Below are positions 1 to 8,543 of a stretch of 64,000 bases of DNA, in pieces. The translations under genes and the position numbers were made by a program. The notes beneath the pieces were generated by a model. The model searched no databases. It saw only the letters and a list, made by a program, of their open reading frames with translations, and was not told where the DNA came from. Source of the DNA: Actinomycetota bacterium (GTDB taxonomy: Bacteria; Actinomycetota; UBA4738; JBBDHU01); NCBI GenBank assembly GCA_040880465.1, contig JBBDIK010000007.1, forward strand, positions 40,342 to 104,341, written 5' to 3'. How positions within the stretch are numbered: position 1 is the stretch's first letter; every line of letters starts with the position of its first letter.

Positions 1-73
1 GCAGGTAGGCGGCATACAGCCCGCCGATCACGAGCCACACGTCCCAGTGCAGGTGCCAGCCGGGAAGTCCCAT
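1..73 (-). CDS. CtaG-like cytochrome c oxidase assembly membrane protein (5' end only, continues past window start)
   Basis: ATG at 73..71 overlaps the ctaF stop (ATGA). The first 24 codons, MGLPGWHLHWDVWLVIGGLYAAYL, are hydrophobic and resemble Caa3_CtaG N-termini. Position directly after ctaCDEF fits. Confidence 0.45.
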   Translation of the reverse strand, partial: MGLPGWHLHWDVWLVIGGLYAAYL

Positions 74-450
74 CAGGAGAACACGCCGAACGTCAACAGG
101 ACGATGACGTAGACCGTCGCGGCCAGTGCGAGTCCGGTCGCGAAGATCCGGCCGTAGCCGGGGTTATCGAACCGCACGTGCATGAACCACAGCACGACGA
201 GCGCGAACTTGACGACCATCATCCCGAGCAGCAGGAAGACCAGCAGGTCGCGCAGCGATTCGACGTAATAGACACCGACTTCCGCGGCGGTGATCAGGCC
301 GAGGATCGCGGCGATCGTCACGTACTGCTTGGGGCCCGGATGATGGGTCTCGGTGTGCTCTCGGGCCCGCAACGGGGTCCCGACCCCCGAACCTTCCTCT
401 TCGGCGACGGGCGCCGGCGGCTTCGTCTTCTCGGGCTCCTGCCGCATCAT
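73..450 (-). CDS. ctaF: cytochrome c oxidase subunit IV (small hydrophobic COX4_pro-type subunit), 125 aa
   Basis: Internal ATG-ATG start at 450 inside ORF 73..999. Sequence HPGPKQYVTIAAILGLITAAEVGVYY...VVKFALVVLWFMHV is typical of prokaryotic subunit IV. The start overlaps the ctaE stop. Confidence 0.8.
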   Translation of the reverse strand: MMRQEPEKTKPPAPVAEEEGSGVGTPLRAREHTETHHPGPKQYVTIAAILGLITAAEVGVYYVESLRDLLVFLLLGMMVVKFALVVLWFMHVRFDNPGYGRIFATGLALAATVYVIVLLTFGVFS

Positions 451-1076
451 GAGAACGTCACCTGCCCGCTGGAAGGATCGGGGATCAGATAGATCACCGT
501 GAAGATGATGATCCAGACGATGTCGACGAAGTGCCAGTACAGCCCAACCATCTCGACACCGAGTGCCTTCTCCTTCGGCAGCTTCCCGAGGAACGACAGC
601 CCGACCAGCGTGAGCAGCATCAGGATTCCGACCGTCACGTGCGCCCCGTGGAAACCGGTCAGGGTGAAGAAGGTGCTTCCGAACAGGTTCGTGTTGAGCT
701 TCAGGCCCTCCTTGGCGAACGTCGCGAACTCGTAGATCTGGCCACCGATGAAGGTCACCCCGAGCAGCGCGGTCGTAAGCGTCCAGATGCGGAACCTGCG
801 GATCTCGCCTCGCTGGAGGGCGGACAGGGACAGCACCATCGTGAGCGAGCTGAACAGCAGGACGAACGAGCTGACCGACGTGTAGGGGATGTCGAAGACG
901 TCGTGCGGATACGGCCCGACCGTGCTCCGGCCGCGGTAGAGCAGGTACGTCGAGATCAGCGCGCCGAAGAGCAAGCACTCGGACGAGAGGAAGATCCACA
1001 TCGCGATCTTGGTGGTGGGCAAGCCGGTGGAGGTGTGCTCCTCGTGTTCACCCGACAGGACCCTGGCCTCTTCCAC
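447..1076 (-). CDS. ctaE: cytochrome c oxidase subunit III
   Basis: Motifs WIFLSSECLLFGALI, FFTLTGFHGAHVTVG and YWHFVDIVWI. The GTG at 1076 lies 2 nt after the ctaD stop, so I prefer it over the ORF-track start at 1217, which would overlap ctaD. Confidence 0.85.
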   Translation of the reverse strand: MEEARVLSGEHEEHTSTGLPTTKIAMWIFLSSECLLFGALISTYLLYRGRSTVGPYPHDVFDIPYTSVSSFVLLFSSLTMVLSLSALQRGEIRRFRIWTLTTALLGVTFIGGQIYEFATFAKEGLKLNTNLFGSTFFTLTGFHGAHVTVGILMLLTLVGLSFLGKLPKEKALGVEMVGLYWHFVDIVWIIIFTVIYLIPDPSSGQVTFS

Positions 1077-1078
1077 CG

Positions 1079-2998
1079 CTACTCCTCCACCGACGGCTCG
1101 AGGACCCAGCCGTAGAGTCCGACGATCATGATGGCACCGCCGAGGAACGCCATCCACCAGCCGTACAGGATGCCGTAGCCGATCAAGGGGAGTCCGGCCG
1201 CGGCGACGATCGGCCAATAGGACGGACTCGGCAGATGGATCCCATGGCCACCTCCGTGATCCGCATCAGCTCCCTCGCCGTGGTCGCCCGCATGGCCGCC
1301 GCCGTACGAACCTTTGGCCGCGGCGTCCGATGCCCCCGACTGCACCGGGACGAGTTCGCCGTCCTTCGAGTGCGCGTACTTGCGGTACCAGAACTCATCC
1401 AGGGAGTGGACGACTGGCACTTCCTCGAAGTTGTACTCGGGCGGCGGCGACGAGGTGGTCCACTCCAGCGTTCGTGCGTCCCAGGGGTCGTTGCCGGCGT
1501 CCTTCGGCTTTCGGAACGTGGCGATCACGTTCCAGGTGAAGACGGCCATGCCGACCGCCATCAGGAGCGCACCGACGGTGGCGACCATGTTCATGAAGTC
1601 CCACCCGTGACCGGCCGGGTAGGTGTAGATCCGTCGCGGCATCCCTTGCATGCCCAGGAGGTGGAACGGCCCGAACGTCAGGTTCATGCCGATGAAGAAC
1701 AACCAGAAGTGGATCTTCCCGAGCTTCTCGTTGAGCAGGCGCCCGAACGCTTTCGGGAACCAGTAGTACACGCCGCCGAAGAGCCCGAAGATGGCGCCGC
1801 CGAAGAGCACGTAGTGGAAGTGCGCGACGACGTAGTACGTGTCGTGCTGCTGGTAGTCCGACGGCACGACGGCGTGCGTGACGCCCGACAACCCGCCGAT
1901 CACGAAGAGCGCGACGAACCCGATCGCGAACAGCATCGGTGTCGGGAATCGGATGTCGCCCTTCCAGAGCGTTCCGAGCCAGTTGAAGATCTTCACGCCG
2001 GTCGGCACGGCGATGAACATCGTCGTGATGGCGAACGCGGAGTTCGCGACCGGTCCGAGCCCGTCCGTGAACATGTGGTGCGCCCACACGCCCCACCCCA
2101 TGAACCCGATCGCGATCCCCGAGAACACGATGAACGCGTATCCGAACAATGGACGCCGCGAGAACACCGGCAGGATCTCGGAGACGATCCCCATCGCCGG
2201 CAGCACCAGGATGTAGACCTCGGGATGTCCGAAGAGCCAGAACAGGTGCTGCCACAGGATCGGGTCGGCGCCGTGCCCCGCATCGAAGAAGAACGTTCCG
2301 AATTGCCGGTCGAAGAGGAGCTCGACCAGCGCGATCGTGATGACGGGCAAAGCAAAGATCAGCAGGAACTGCACCACCAGCGTCATCCAGATGAACACCG
2401 GCATCCGCATCAGCGTCATCCCGGGCGCGCGCATGTTGATGATCGTGACGGCCAGGTTCACGGCCGAGACGGTAGAGGCGATCCCCAGGATGATCAGGCC
2501 GATCGCGTAGAAGCTCATATTGTCGCCCGCGGTAGCGACACTGTTCGGCGCGTAGCCGAACCACCCGCCGTTCGGCGCCCCGCCGAGAACGAAACTCGAG
2601 TACAAGAAGATGCCGCCGAACAAGAAGATCCAGTAACTCAACGCGTTCAGTCGCGGGAACGCGACGTCCCGCGTGCCGATCATCAATGGCACGAGGTAGT
2701 TCGTGAACGCGGCGCCGAGGGGCATGACGACCAGGAAGATCATGGTCAGTCCGTGCATCGTGAACATCTGGTTGTACGTGGCGGCGTCGAGCACCTGTCC
2801 GTTCGGCTGCGCGAGCTGGGCGCGGATCAACATCGCCTCGAAGCCGCCCACGATCAGGAAGATCAGTGCTGTCGCGCCGTAGAGGATGCCGATCTTCTTG
2901 TGATCGACCGTGACGATCCAGCCCCAGACACCGCCGGTGGCGGTCGGCCGACGGAACAGACCCCCGGACCTCTGGTTCGGCATCGCTGCGGTCGACAT
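1079..2998 (-). CDS. ctaD: cytochrome c oxidase subunit I (heme-copper oxidase) with C-terminal His/Gly-rich linker and two extra TM helices
   Basis: 639 aa. Motifs WFFGHPEVYILVLP, HHMF and VAHFHYVL match the canonical HCO subunit I. Confidence 0.95.
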   Translation of the reverse strand: MSTAAMPNQRSGGLFRRPTATGGVWGWIVTVDHKKIGILYGATALIFLIVGGFEAMLIRAQLAQPNGQVLDAATYNQMFTMHGLTMIFLVVMPLGAAFTNYLVPLMIGTRDVAFPRLNALSYWIFLFGGIFLYSSFVLGGAPNGGWFGYAPNSVATAGDNMSFYAIGLIILGIASTVSAVNLAVTIINMRAPGMTLMRMPVFIWMTLVVQFLLIFALPVITIALVELLFDRQFGTFFFDAGHGADPILWQHLFWLFGHPEVYILVLPAMGIVSEILPVFSRRPLFGYAFIVFSGIAIGFMGWGVWAHHMFTDGLGPVANSAFAITTMFIAVPTGVKIFNWLGTLWKGDIRFPTPMLFAIGFVALFVIGGLSGVTHAVVPSDYQQHDTYYVVAHFHYVLFGGAIFGLFGGVYYWFPKAFGRLLNEKLGKIHFWLFFIGMNLTFGPFHLLGMQGMPRRIYTYPAGHGWDFMNMVATVGALLMAVGMAVFTWNVIATFRKPKDAGNDPWDARTLEWTTSSPPPEYNFEEVPVVHSLDEFWYRKYAHSKDGELVPVQSGASDAAAKGSYGGGHAGDHGEGADADHGGGHGIHLPSPSYWPIVAAAGLPLIGYGILYGWWMAFLGGAIMIVGLYGWVLEPSVEE

Positions 2999-3006
2999 CT
3001 ACGTCC

Positions 3007-4149
3007 TCACGTCAGGCTCTGGAGGTAGGCGATGAGCGCCTCGACCTCGTCGGGCTTCAGATGATAGTTGGGCATCCATGAGCCGGGCTTGACGGCTGGG
3101 GGGTCTTCGAGCCACGCCTTCATCGCCTCGGCGTTGAAGCTGCCGTCCTCGTTGTACGTCGGGAACATGCACCCTGCGAAGCAATCGCGGCTCGCGAAAT
3201 GAGTCAGGTCCGGACCCTGCACCGCGGCCGCGCCCTCGACGCCCTTGATCGCGTGGCAGCCGATACAGGAGCCGTTCGCGAAGTCCTGCATCCCCTTGTC
3301 AGCGAGGCTCCCGGCCCCCGGCACGGCCGCTTCGGCCTGCTGCTCCGTGAGCCAGGCGCTGAACTCCTCCGGGCTCACCGCCTTGACCTGGAACCGCATG
3401 TTCGCGTGCGACCAGTCGCAATATTCGGCACACTGACCCGGGTACAGACCCGGTTCGTCCGCGCTGAGGTACATCTCGTTCGTGCGGCCGGGGACGACAT
3501 CCTGCTTGCCGGCCAGGCGCGGCACCCAGAAGGCGTGGATCACGGCGTTCCCGAGGTTCGGGGCGGGGTCGACGCACGGAGCGCCCAGGGCGGGGCCGCT
3601 CGCCTGCGGACCGACGCCTCCATCGGGGTTCGCCGTCTTCGGGTTCGCCGCGCCGCTCGCGCCAGCCGCGCAGAGGCGGATCGAGATCTGCGTCCCGGTC
3701 GGTATGACCAGTTCGTTGGCTGTGACGAGCTCCTGGTCCGGGTACCGGAACTCCCACCACCACTGGTGACCGACCACATCAACCTGGATGACGTCGGGTC
3801 CCGTGGGCGTCTCGGCGAGGTCCCAGATGCCGGTGATAGTCGGGACGGTGATCACGGCGAGCAACACCGCCGGCGCGATCGTCCACCCGATCTCGAGCTT
3901 GGTGTTGCCATGGACGCCGGACGGCTTCGCGCCCGGACGGTGACGGTACTTCCAAACGAAGAGGACGAGCGCCCCTTCGACCACGACGAAAACGGCGACC
4001 GCGAGCCAGAAGACGAACTGGAACAGGTCCTCCTGCTTCTGGGCAACGGGACCGGCGGGGTTCAGGGTGCTCTGGTCCAGGGAGTCGCTGCACGCGGCCA
4101 GCAGGAGGACCGCCACGATCGAGCCTCCGATGAGCTTCAGCTTGCGCAC
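3007..4149 (-). CDS. ctaC: cytochrome c oxidase subunit II fused to a C-terminal cytochrome c domain (caa3-type)
   Basis: Lipoprotein-like signal (LLAAC). CuA site HAFWVP...CAEYCDWSHANM. C-terminal heme c motif CIGCH. GTG start preceded by GGGAAGGAAG. Confidence 0.9.
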   Translation of the reverse strand: MRKLKLIGGSIVAVLLLAACSDSLDQSTLNPAGPVAQKQEDLFQFVFWLAVAVFVVVEGALVLFVWKYRHRPGAKPSGVHGNTKLEIGWTIAPAVLLAVITVPTITGIWDLAETPTGPDVIQVDVVGHQWWWEFRYPDQELVTANELVIPTGTQISIRLCAAGASGAANPKTANPDGGVGPQASGPALGAPCVDPAPNLGNAVIHAFWVPRLAGKQDVVPGRTNEMYLSADEPGLYPGQCAEYCDWSHANMRFQVKAVSPEEFSAWLTEQQAEAAVPGAGSLADKGMQDFANGSCIGCHAIKGVEGAAAVQGPDLTHFASRDCFAGCMFPTYNEDGSFNAEAMKAWLEDPPAVKPGSWMPNYHLKPDEVEALIAYLQSLT

Positions 4150-4166
4150 GGCATGCTTCCTTCCCT

Positions 4167-4224
4167 GAACGTGGCCCCAACCTTGGCCCCGAACGTGGCC
4201 CCGGGCGCCGCCCCGGGCGCTCCC
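4167..4224. repeat. tandem 12-nt periodic repeat in the resC-ctaC spacer
   Basis: Units are GAACGTGGCCCC / AACCTTGGCCCC / GAACGTGGCCCC / GGGCGCCGCCCC / GGGCGCTCCC. Units 1 and 3 are identical and every unit ends in CCC(C). Confidence 0.6.
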
Positions 4225-4273
4225 TGGGGCTCAGGCGGGCACACGATAGCAGCCCGATCCAGGCACGACCCGC

Positions 4274-5299
4274 TCACGACACCCCCGCGTACGAATGGAG
4301 CCCGACGATGAAGATGTTGACCACGTAGTAGGTGAACAGGACCACCACGAACCCGACCGAGGCGAGGAGAGCCGCGCGGGTTCCCTTCCACCCAGCCGTC
4401 GCGCGCGCATGCAGGTAGCCGGCGAACACGACCCAGGTGATGAATGCCCACACCTCCTTCGGATCCCAACCCCAGTACCGCCCCCAGGCCCGCTGAGCCC
4501 AGATCGCGCCTGCGATCACCGCGAACGTCCAGACGACGAATCCAACGGCGATCGTCCGGTACGCGAGCCGGTCCAGAGTCTCGGACGGGGGCAGGATCCC
4601 GCGCTTCGCGAGCAGCGGCGAACCCGCGCCCGGCGGAGCTGTGGCGGCCGCGGCCACGGTAGCCGTCGCCGTTGCGGCCATCGATGCAGACCCGACCGGC
4701 TCGTCCGCACCGGGCTCGAATCCCGGCGGGTCGTCCGCCGTTGCCCCCTCGGACTCGCCTCGCGGCACCCGGGTCGCACCGATCGCCGCTGCCCCCCTCC
4801 GCTCCTGTCGAACCTTGACCAGGAAGAGAGGACTCAGTACCCCCGCACCGAGCATGAGCAATGCGGAAGCGGTGATGACCAGGATCACGTGGATCATCAG
4901 CCAGGCGGAGTCGAGCGCCGGAACGAGCGGTCCCGGGTCGCGGTAGAGCGCCGTGCCGGCGATCAACATCGTGGCGACGGCGGCCAGCAGCACGAAGCCG
5001 GCAACCGTCCTGACCTTGTATCGGAGCTCCACAACGAGCTTCTCGACAGCCACCATGATCAGCGCAACGATCGAGGAGTACTCGTACATGTTCCCCCACG
5101 GCAGGTGACCCGCCGCGATCCCGCGCGTGACGACCGAAACCGCCTGCACCGCAAGCCCGGCCCACGACAGGACGTTCGCGATCTTCCAGGCGCCTTCCCG
5201 TCGGAAACCGAGGTAGTAGAAGTCGAACACCATCGCGACGGCGTAGAGGCAAAGCGCGGTCCAGAACGCGATGTTCGAGATCTGTGAGAGTTGCTCCAC
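4274..5299 (-). CDS. ccsB: cytochrome c biogenesis protein CcsB/ResC (System II heme handling)
   Basis: W-rich motif WGRYWGWDPKEVWAFITW, multiple TM helices, and an Ala/Pro-rich insertion. Adjacent to resB. Confidence 0.9.
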   Translation of the reverse strand: MEQLSQISNIAFWTALCLYAVAMVFDFYYLGFRREGAWKIANVLSWAGLAVQAVSVVTRGIAAGHLPWGNMYEYSSIVALIMVAVEKLVVELRYKVRTVAGFVLLAAVATMLIAGTALYRDPGPLVPALDSAWLMIHVILVITASALLMLGAGVLSPLFLVKVRQERRGAAAIGATRVPRGESEGATADDPPGFEPGADEPVGSASMAATATATVAAAATAPPGAGSPLLAKRGILPPSETLDRLAYRTIAVGFVVWTFAVIAGAIWAQRAWGRYWGWDPKEVWAFITWVVFAGYLHARATAGWKGTRAALLASVGFVVVLFTYYVVNIFIVGLHSYAGVS

Positions 5300-5300
5300 G

Positions 5301-6848
5301 TCAGGTCCTCTCGGTCTCGCTTTCGATCGCGCTCGCGTGGTCGGTCGCGCGCGCCATGGCCTCCACGAGGCGGGCGAACTCCTCTTCGAACTCCGACCGC
5401 CGCTGGAGCGCGAACCCGCCGACCTTCAACACCGAACCATGCGGTGCAGGGTCCGCCCGAACCCAGACCCGGCGCCGCGAGGAATAGAGGGCAGGCAGGA
5501 GACCGCCGAGGATCAGGATCGCCGCCAGCAGCATGATACCGACGCCGGCATCGCGCCCTACCTGCAGGACCGTGTACTCCCGCAGCTCCGGGAACGACAC
5601 CGTGACCCCACCCCCGATCCTGACGTCCTCCCCGAGTGGCACGATGCCAGATCTTCGCTCCTGCAACCCGACGGGATCGAGCTCGGTCACGCGCTGGGCG
5701 ACATCCAGGCGAAGGTCACCCTCGAATACCCGGAGCGCCAGGACCGGGTGGCTCGGCTTCAGCACGGGGATCGGTTCATCCGTCATCTCCGAGACGAGCG
5801 CCGTCTCGGGGTCGGGCAGTAACCGGAACGCGACCCCCACCTGCGGACGCAGTGACGGAAGCTTGACCGCTCCGGTCCAGGGCATCGCCGCCTGGCTGAT
5901 CCCTTTCGGCGCTCGATCCTGTTCGAAGATCACCGGCCCCGAGAACAGGATCTCCCCGTCGGCATCGGTCACCTCGATCACAGGGGCCCACCCGTACCCG
6001 TACTGGTAGAAGTCGACACCGTCGACAGACCCCGGCGCGTTCAGCTCGATGTCGGCCGTCCCCGCGCTCGTCCCGTCTCCGTGGAGCAGCTCGGCCGTCG
6101 TCGTGAACTCCTGTGGGGTCCCGTCGGGCTCGTAGACAACGGTGAACTCCTCCACGCGCACTTGAGCCCCTGTGTGGTTCTCGTTGAAGAACCGGCCTTC
6201 TCGCGCGGTGCCGTCATAGTTCGCGTGGGCTTCGGTCCAGGTCGTCCCCTCGGGGATCACGGCATACCCGGTGAACCCGGTCCCCTTCCCGTAGAAGATG
6301 CCGATCACGATGAGGAAGAACGCCCAGTGGAACAGCAGGCTACCCGCCTCACGGGCGATACCCTTGTCCGCCGCGACCTGCGGCACCGCCCCACCGACGC
6401 GGTCCACCCGGAACCGCTTGCGGCGTAATATGTTCGCGGACCTGTCGAGGACCGTCCCCGGCGGCACCGCGACCGATCGTTCCACGTAGAGCCGCATGGA
6501 ATCCAACTCGCGCGCCGGTTGCGGACGGGTACGGAGCGTGCGCAGCAGCGCGCGGGTCCGCGGGAAGAGACACGCTGCTAGCGAGGTCAACAGGAGCGCG
6601 TAGATGAGCGTGAACCACCAGGAGCCGTACACGTCGAAGAGCCCCGTCGCCTCGTAGACCGTCGCGCGCAGCGGGTGATCGACGAACATCTGGCTGATCT
6701 TGTCGTCCGAGATCCCGACCTGCGGGATGAGGGAACCGGCCACGGCCCCCACCGCCAGCAGCAGCAGCAGGATCAGTGCCGTTCGCATCGATCGCAAGGA
6801 TCGCCACACGACGGCAACCGACTGCCGGACCGTCGGGCGAGCACTCAC
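5301..6848 (-). CDS. resB: cytochrome c biogenesis protein ResB/Ccs1
   Basis: N-terminal VWRSLRSMRTALILLLLLAVGAVAGSLIPQ is typical of ResB. I chose the GTG at 6848 so the gene does not overlap ccdA. The ORF track extends to 6935. Confidence 0.85.
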   Translation of the reverse strand: MSARPTVRQSVAVVWRSLRSMRTALILLLLLAVGAVAGSLIPQVGISDDKISQMFVDHPLRATVYEATGLFDVYGSWWFTLIYALLLTSLAACLFPRTRALLRTLRTRPQPARELDSMRLYVERSVAVPPGTVLDRSANILRRKRFRVDRVGGAVPQVAADKGIAREAGSLLFHWAFFLIVIGIFYGKGTGFTGYAVIPEGTTWTEAHANYDGTAREGRFFNENHTGAQVRVEEFTVVYEPDGTPQEFTTTAELLHGDGTSAGTADIELNAPGSVDGVDFYQYGYGWAPVIEVTDADGEILFSGPVIFEQDRAPKGISQAAMPWTGAVKLPSLRPQVGVAFRLLPDPETALVSEMTDEPIPVLKPSHPVLALRVFEGDLRLDVAQRVTELDPVGLQERRSGIVPLGEDVRIGGGVTVSFPELREYTVLQVGRDAGVGIMLLAAILILGGLLPALYSSRRRVWVRADPAPHGSVLKVGGFALQRRSEFEEEFARLVEAMARATDHASAIESETERT

Positions 6849-6864
6849 TCGGTCACCGCCATCC

Positions 6865-7602
6865 TCAGAGCGCCGGCGTGAAGCCGCGGACCCATTGAAG
6901 GACCGGATTGAGGAGCTCCAGCCACAGACCCGCAACCATCAGGACACCGATGAACACCATCAAGCCACCAGAGACCCCGGCGATCCATCGGTAGTTGCGC
7001 TTGATCCAGCTCAGACCGCGAACCATCTTGCCGAGCCCGAGCCCGACCAGCAGGAACGGCAGTCCGAGCCCCACGGAATAGACGAAGAGCAGCCACCCGC
7101 CCCGCACCGAACCGCCTTGCGCGCCTGCGATCGCGATGACGCCCGCCAGAACGGGTCCGATACACGGCGTCCAACCTGCAGCGAACGCCATCCCCAAGGG
7201 GAACGCCCCGGCTCGCCCCGGCTTGACCTTCGCCAAGAAGGGTCGGCGCTCGGCGTAGAGGCCTGGGTTCCCGAGGCGAAGGGCGTACAAGATCATGACC
7301 ACCCCGAACCCGAGGATGACGAGGCCGGCTAGGCGCAGGCCCCACTCGGAGCGGAAGATGGGCACGAAGACTCTGCTTGCAGCCCCGATCACCGTGAACA
7401 CGGCTGAGAATCCACCGATGAAGAGCAATACCGGGACGAGCGGGCGCGGTTCCTCCTCCGTCTGAGAGCCGGTCACGAAGGCGACATAGCCCGGGACCAG
7501 CGGGAACACGCATGGCGACGCGAAGGAGACGATCCCGGCCAGGAACGCCAATGCCGGCGCCCACCAGGAGGTGAGGCCCGTCTGTACGAGGTCGGCGACC
7601 AC
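6865..7602 (-). CDS. ccdA: cytochrome c biogenesis thiol-disulfide transporter CcdA (DsbD family)
   Basis: FLAGIVSFASPCVFPLVPGY and WTPCIGPVL motifs, six TM helices. Confidence 0.9.
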   Translation of the reverse strand: MVADLVQTGLTSWWAPALAFLAGIVSFASPCVFPLVPGYVAFVTGSQTEEEPRPLVPVLLFIGGFSAVFTVIGAASRVFVPIFRSEWGLRLAGLVILGFGVVMILYALRLGNPGLYAERRPFLAKVKPGRAGAFPLGMAFAAGWTPCIGPVLAGVIAIAGAQGGSVRGGWLLFVYSVGLGLPFLLVGLGLGKMVRGLSWIKRNYRWIAGVSGGLMVFIGVLMVAGLWLELLNPVLQWVRGFTPAL

Positions 7603-7663
7603 GGCGCAAGTGTACGGACCTCACGCGCACGGACCCCCCAGGGGCCATCGTTGCCCGCGGCCC

Positions 7664-7681
7664 TTGTGAAGCGCTTCACAA
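7664..7681. promoter_or_regulatory. Rex operator (ROP) palindrome in the divergent ccdA / bc-operon promoter region
   Basis: TTGTGAA-GCGC-TTCACAA is a perfect inverted repeat (20 nt if 7663 and 7682 are included). It matches the TTGTGAA-N4-TTCACAA operator described for Streptomyces coelicolor Rex. A rex gene is present at 16187..16864. Confidence 0.75.
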
Positions 7682-7766
7682 GGTGGCCGGGGAAGGAGCA
7701 GAAACCTGCAGGTCATACGCACGCGTGTCAGCGTGCGTGACCGGGGTTTAGGATGAGGCCCGCCCT

Positions 7767-8132
7767 ATGAAAGAACGAGTCGAGACGTTCCTCAAGGAAT
7801 TCGAATGGACCTGGACGACCGCCGTCCTCGCGTCCCTAGGGCTCACGTTCATCATGCTGATCAGCGCGGTGATCGTCCCGTCGTTCATCATCTACTTCTC
7901 CGAGCAGCAGTTCGGGTGGGCCGGCGCCACCGACCTCGAGGGGTTCATCAACGAGCTCGTCTCCGACGGGCCCTTCAACCCGGAGATGATGAAGGAGGTC
8001 AGGGACGCTGTCGCGATGGGGGTCACCACCGTCGCGTTCGCGATGCCCTTCGTCATCGCCACCATCCTCCAGAACAAGCGACGCAAGCTCCGCGGCGGAT
8101 CCGACAAGCGTCCGACCGGGGGGTACCGCTAG
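7767..8132 (+). CDS. small two-TM membrane protein, first gene of the bc-type operon
   Basis: 121 aa with two hydrophobic helices. Its stop TAG directly abuts the GTG of the ferredoxin gene. Confidence 0.6.
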   Translation: MKERVETFLKEFEWTWTTAVLASLGLTFIMLISAVIVPSFIIYFSEQQFGWAGATDLEGFINELVSDGPFNPEMMKEVRDAVAMGVTTVAFAMPFVIATILQNKRRKLRGGSDKRPTGGYR

Positions 8133-8528
8133 GTGCCCTTCACGAAGACTGAGGTCGAGATCCACGGCGACTACCTGGTCGAGGGCGTCGACGCCGCCTG
8201 GCTGCAGCAGGGCGTCAGGTCACCCAAGCACCTCATGCTCGACCCGGAGCCCTGCATCCTGTGCCGGGCCTGCGAAGACGTGTGCCCGTGGAACTGCATC
8301 TTCATGCTCGACCCAGGGATCGTCGAGGGGACGCAGGACCCGACCGTCGGCGCCGACGTCCACAGTGCGACCGCCATCTTCGTGGTCGACGACAACGCCT
8401 GCACCCGCTGCTCCGTATGCGTGGAGCGCTGCCCCAGCGATTGCCTGTACTATGCGCGGCTGCCGGAGGACACCGGCGGGAAGCGTGAGATGGGGTCCGT
8501 TCCGACAACCCAGGCCGCCGCGGAGTAG
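8133..8528 (+). CDS. 2x[4Fe-4S] ferredoxin-type protein
   Basis: Two complete CxxCxxCxxxCP motifs: CILCRACEDVCP and CTRCSVCVERCP. GTG start immediately follows the upstream stop. Confidence 0.8.
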   Translation: MPFTKTEVEIHGDYLVEGVDAAWLQQGVRSPKHLMLDPEPCILCRACEDVCPWNCIFMLDPGIVEGTQDPTVGADVHSATAIFVVDDNACTRCSVCVERCPSDCLYYARLPEDTGGKREMGSVPTTQAAAE

Positions 8529-8543
8529 GAGAACGACAGCGAC

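Noticed and set aside
1235-3028. 597-aa ORF on the plus strand opposite ctaD
   Set aside because: Arg/Asp/His/Pro-rich nonsense composition, lying entirely antisense to an unambiguous cytochrome oxidase subunit I gene. This is the typical long shadow ORF of high-GC DNA.
4167-4224. CRISPR-like array
   Set aside because: The units are 12 nt, contiguous and lack spacers, and no cas genes are present. Recorded as a simple tandem repeat instead.
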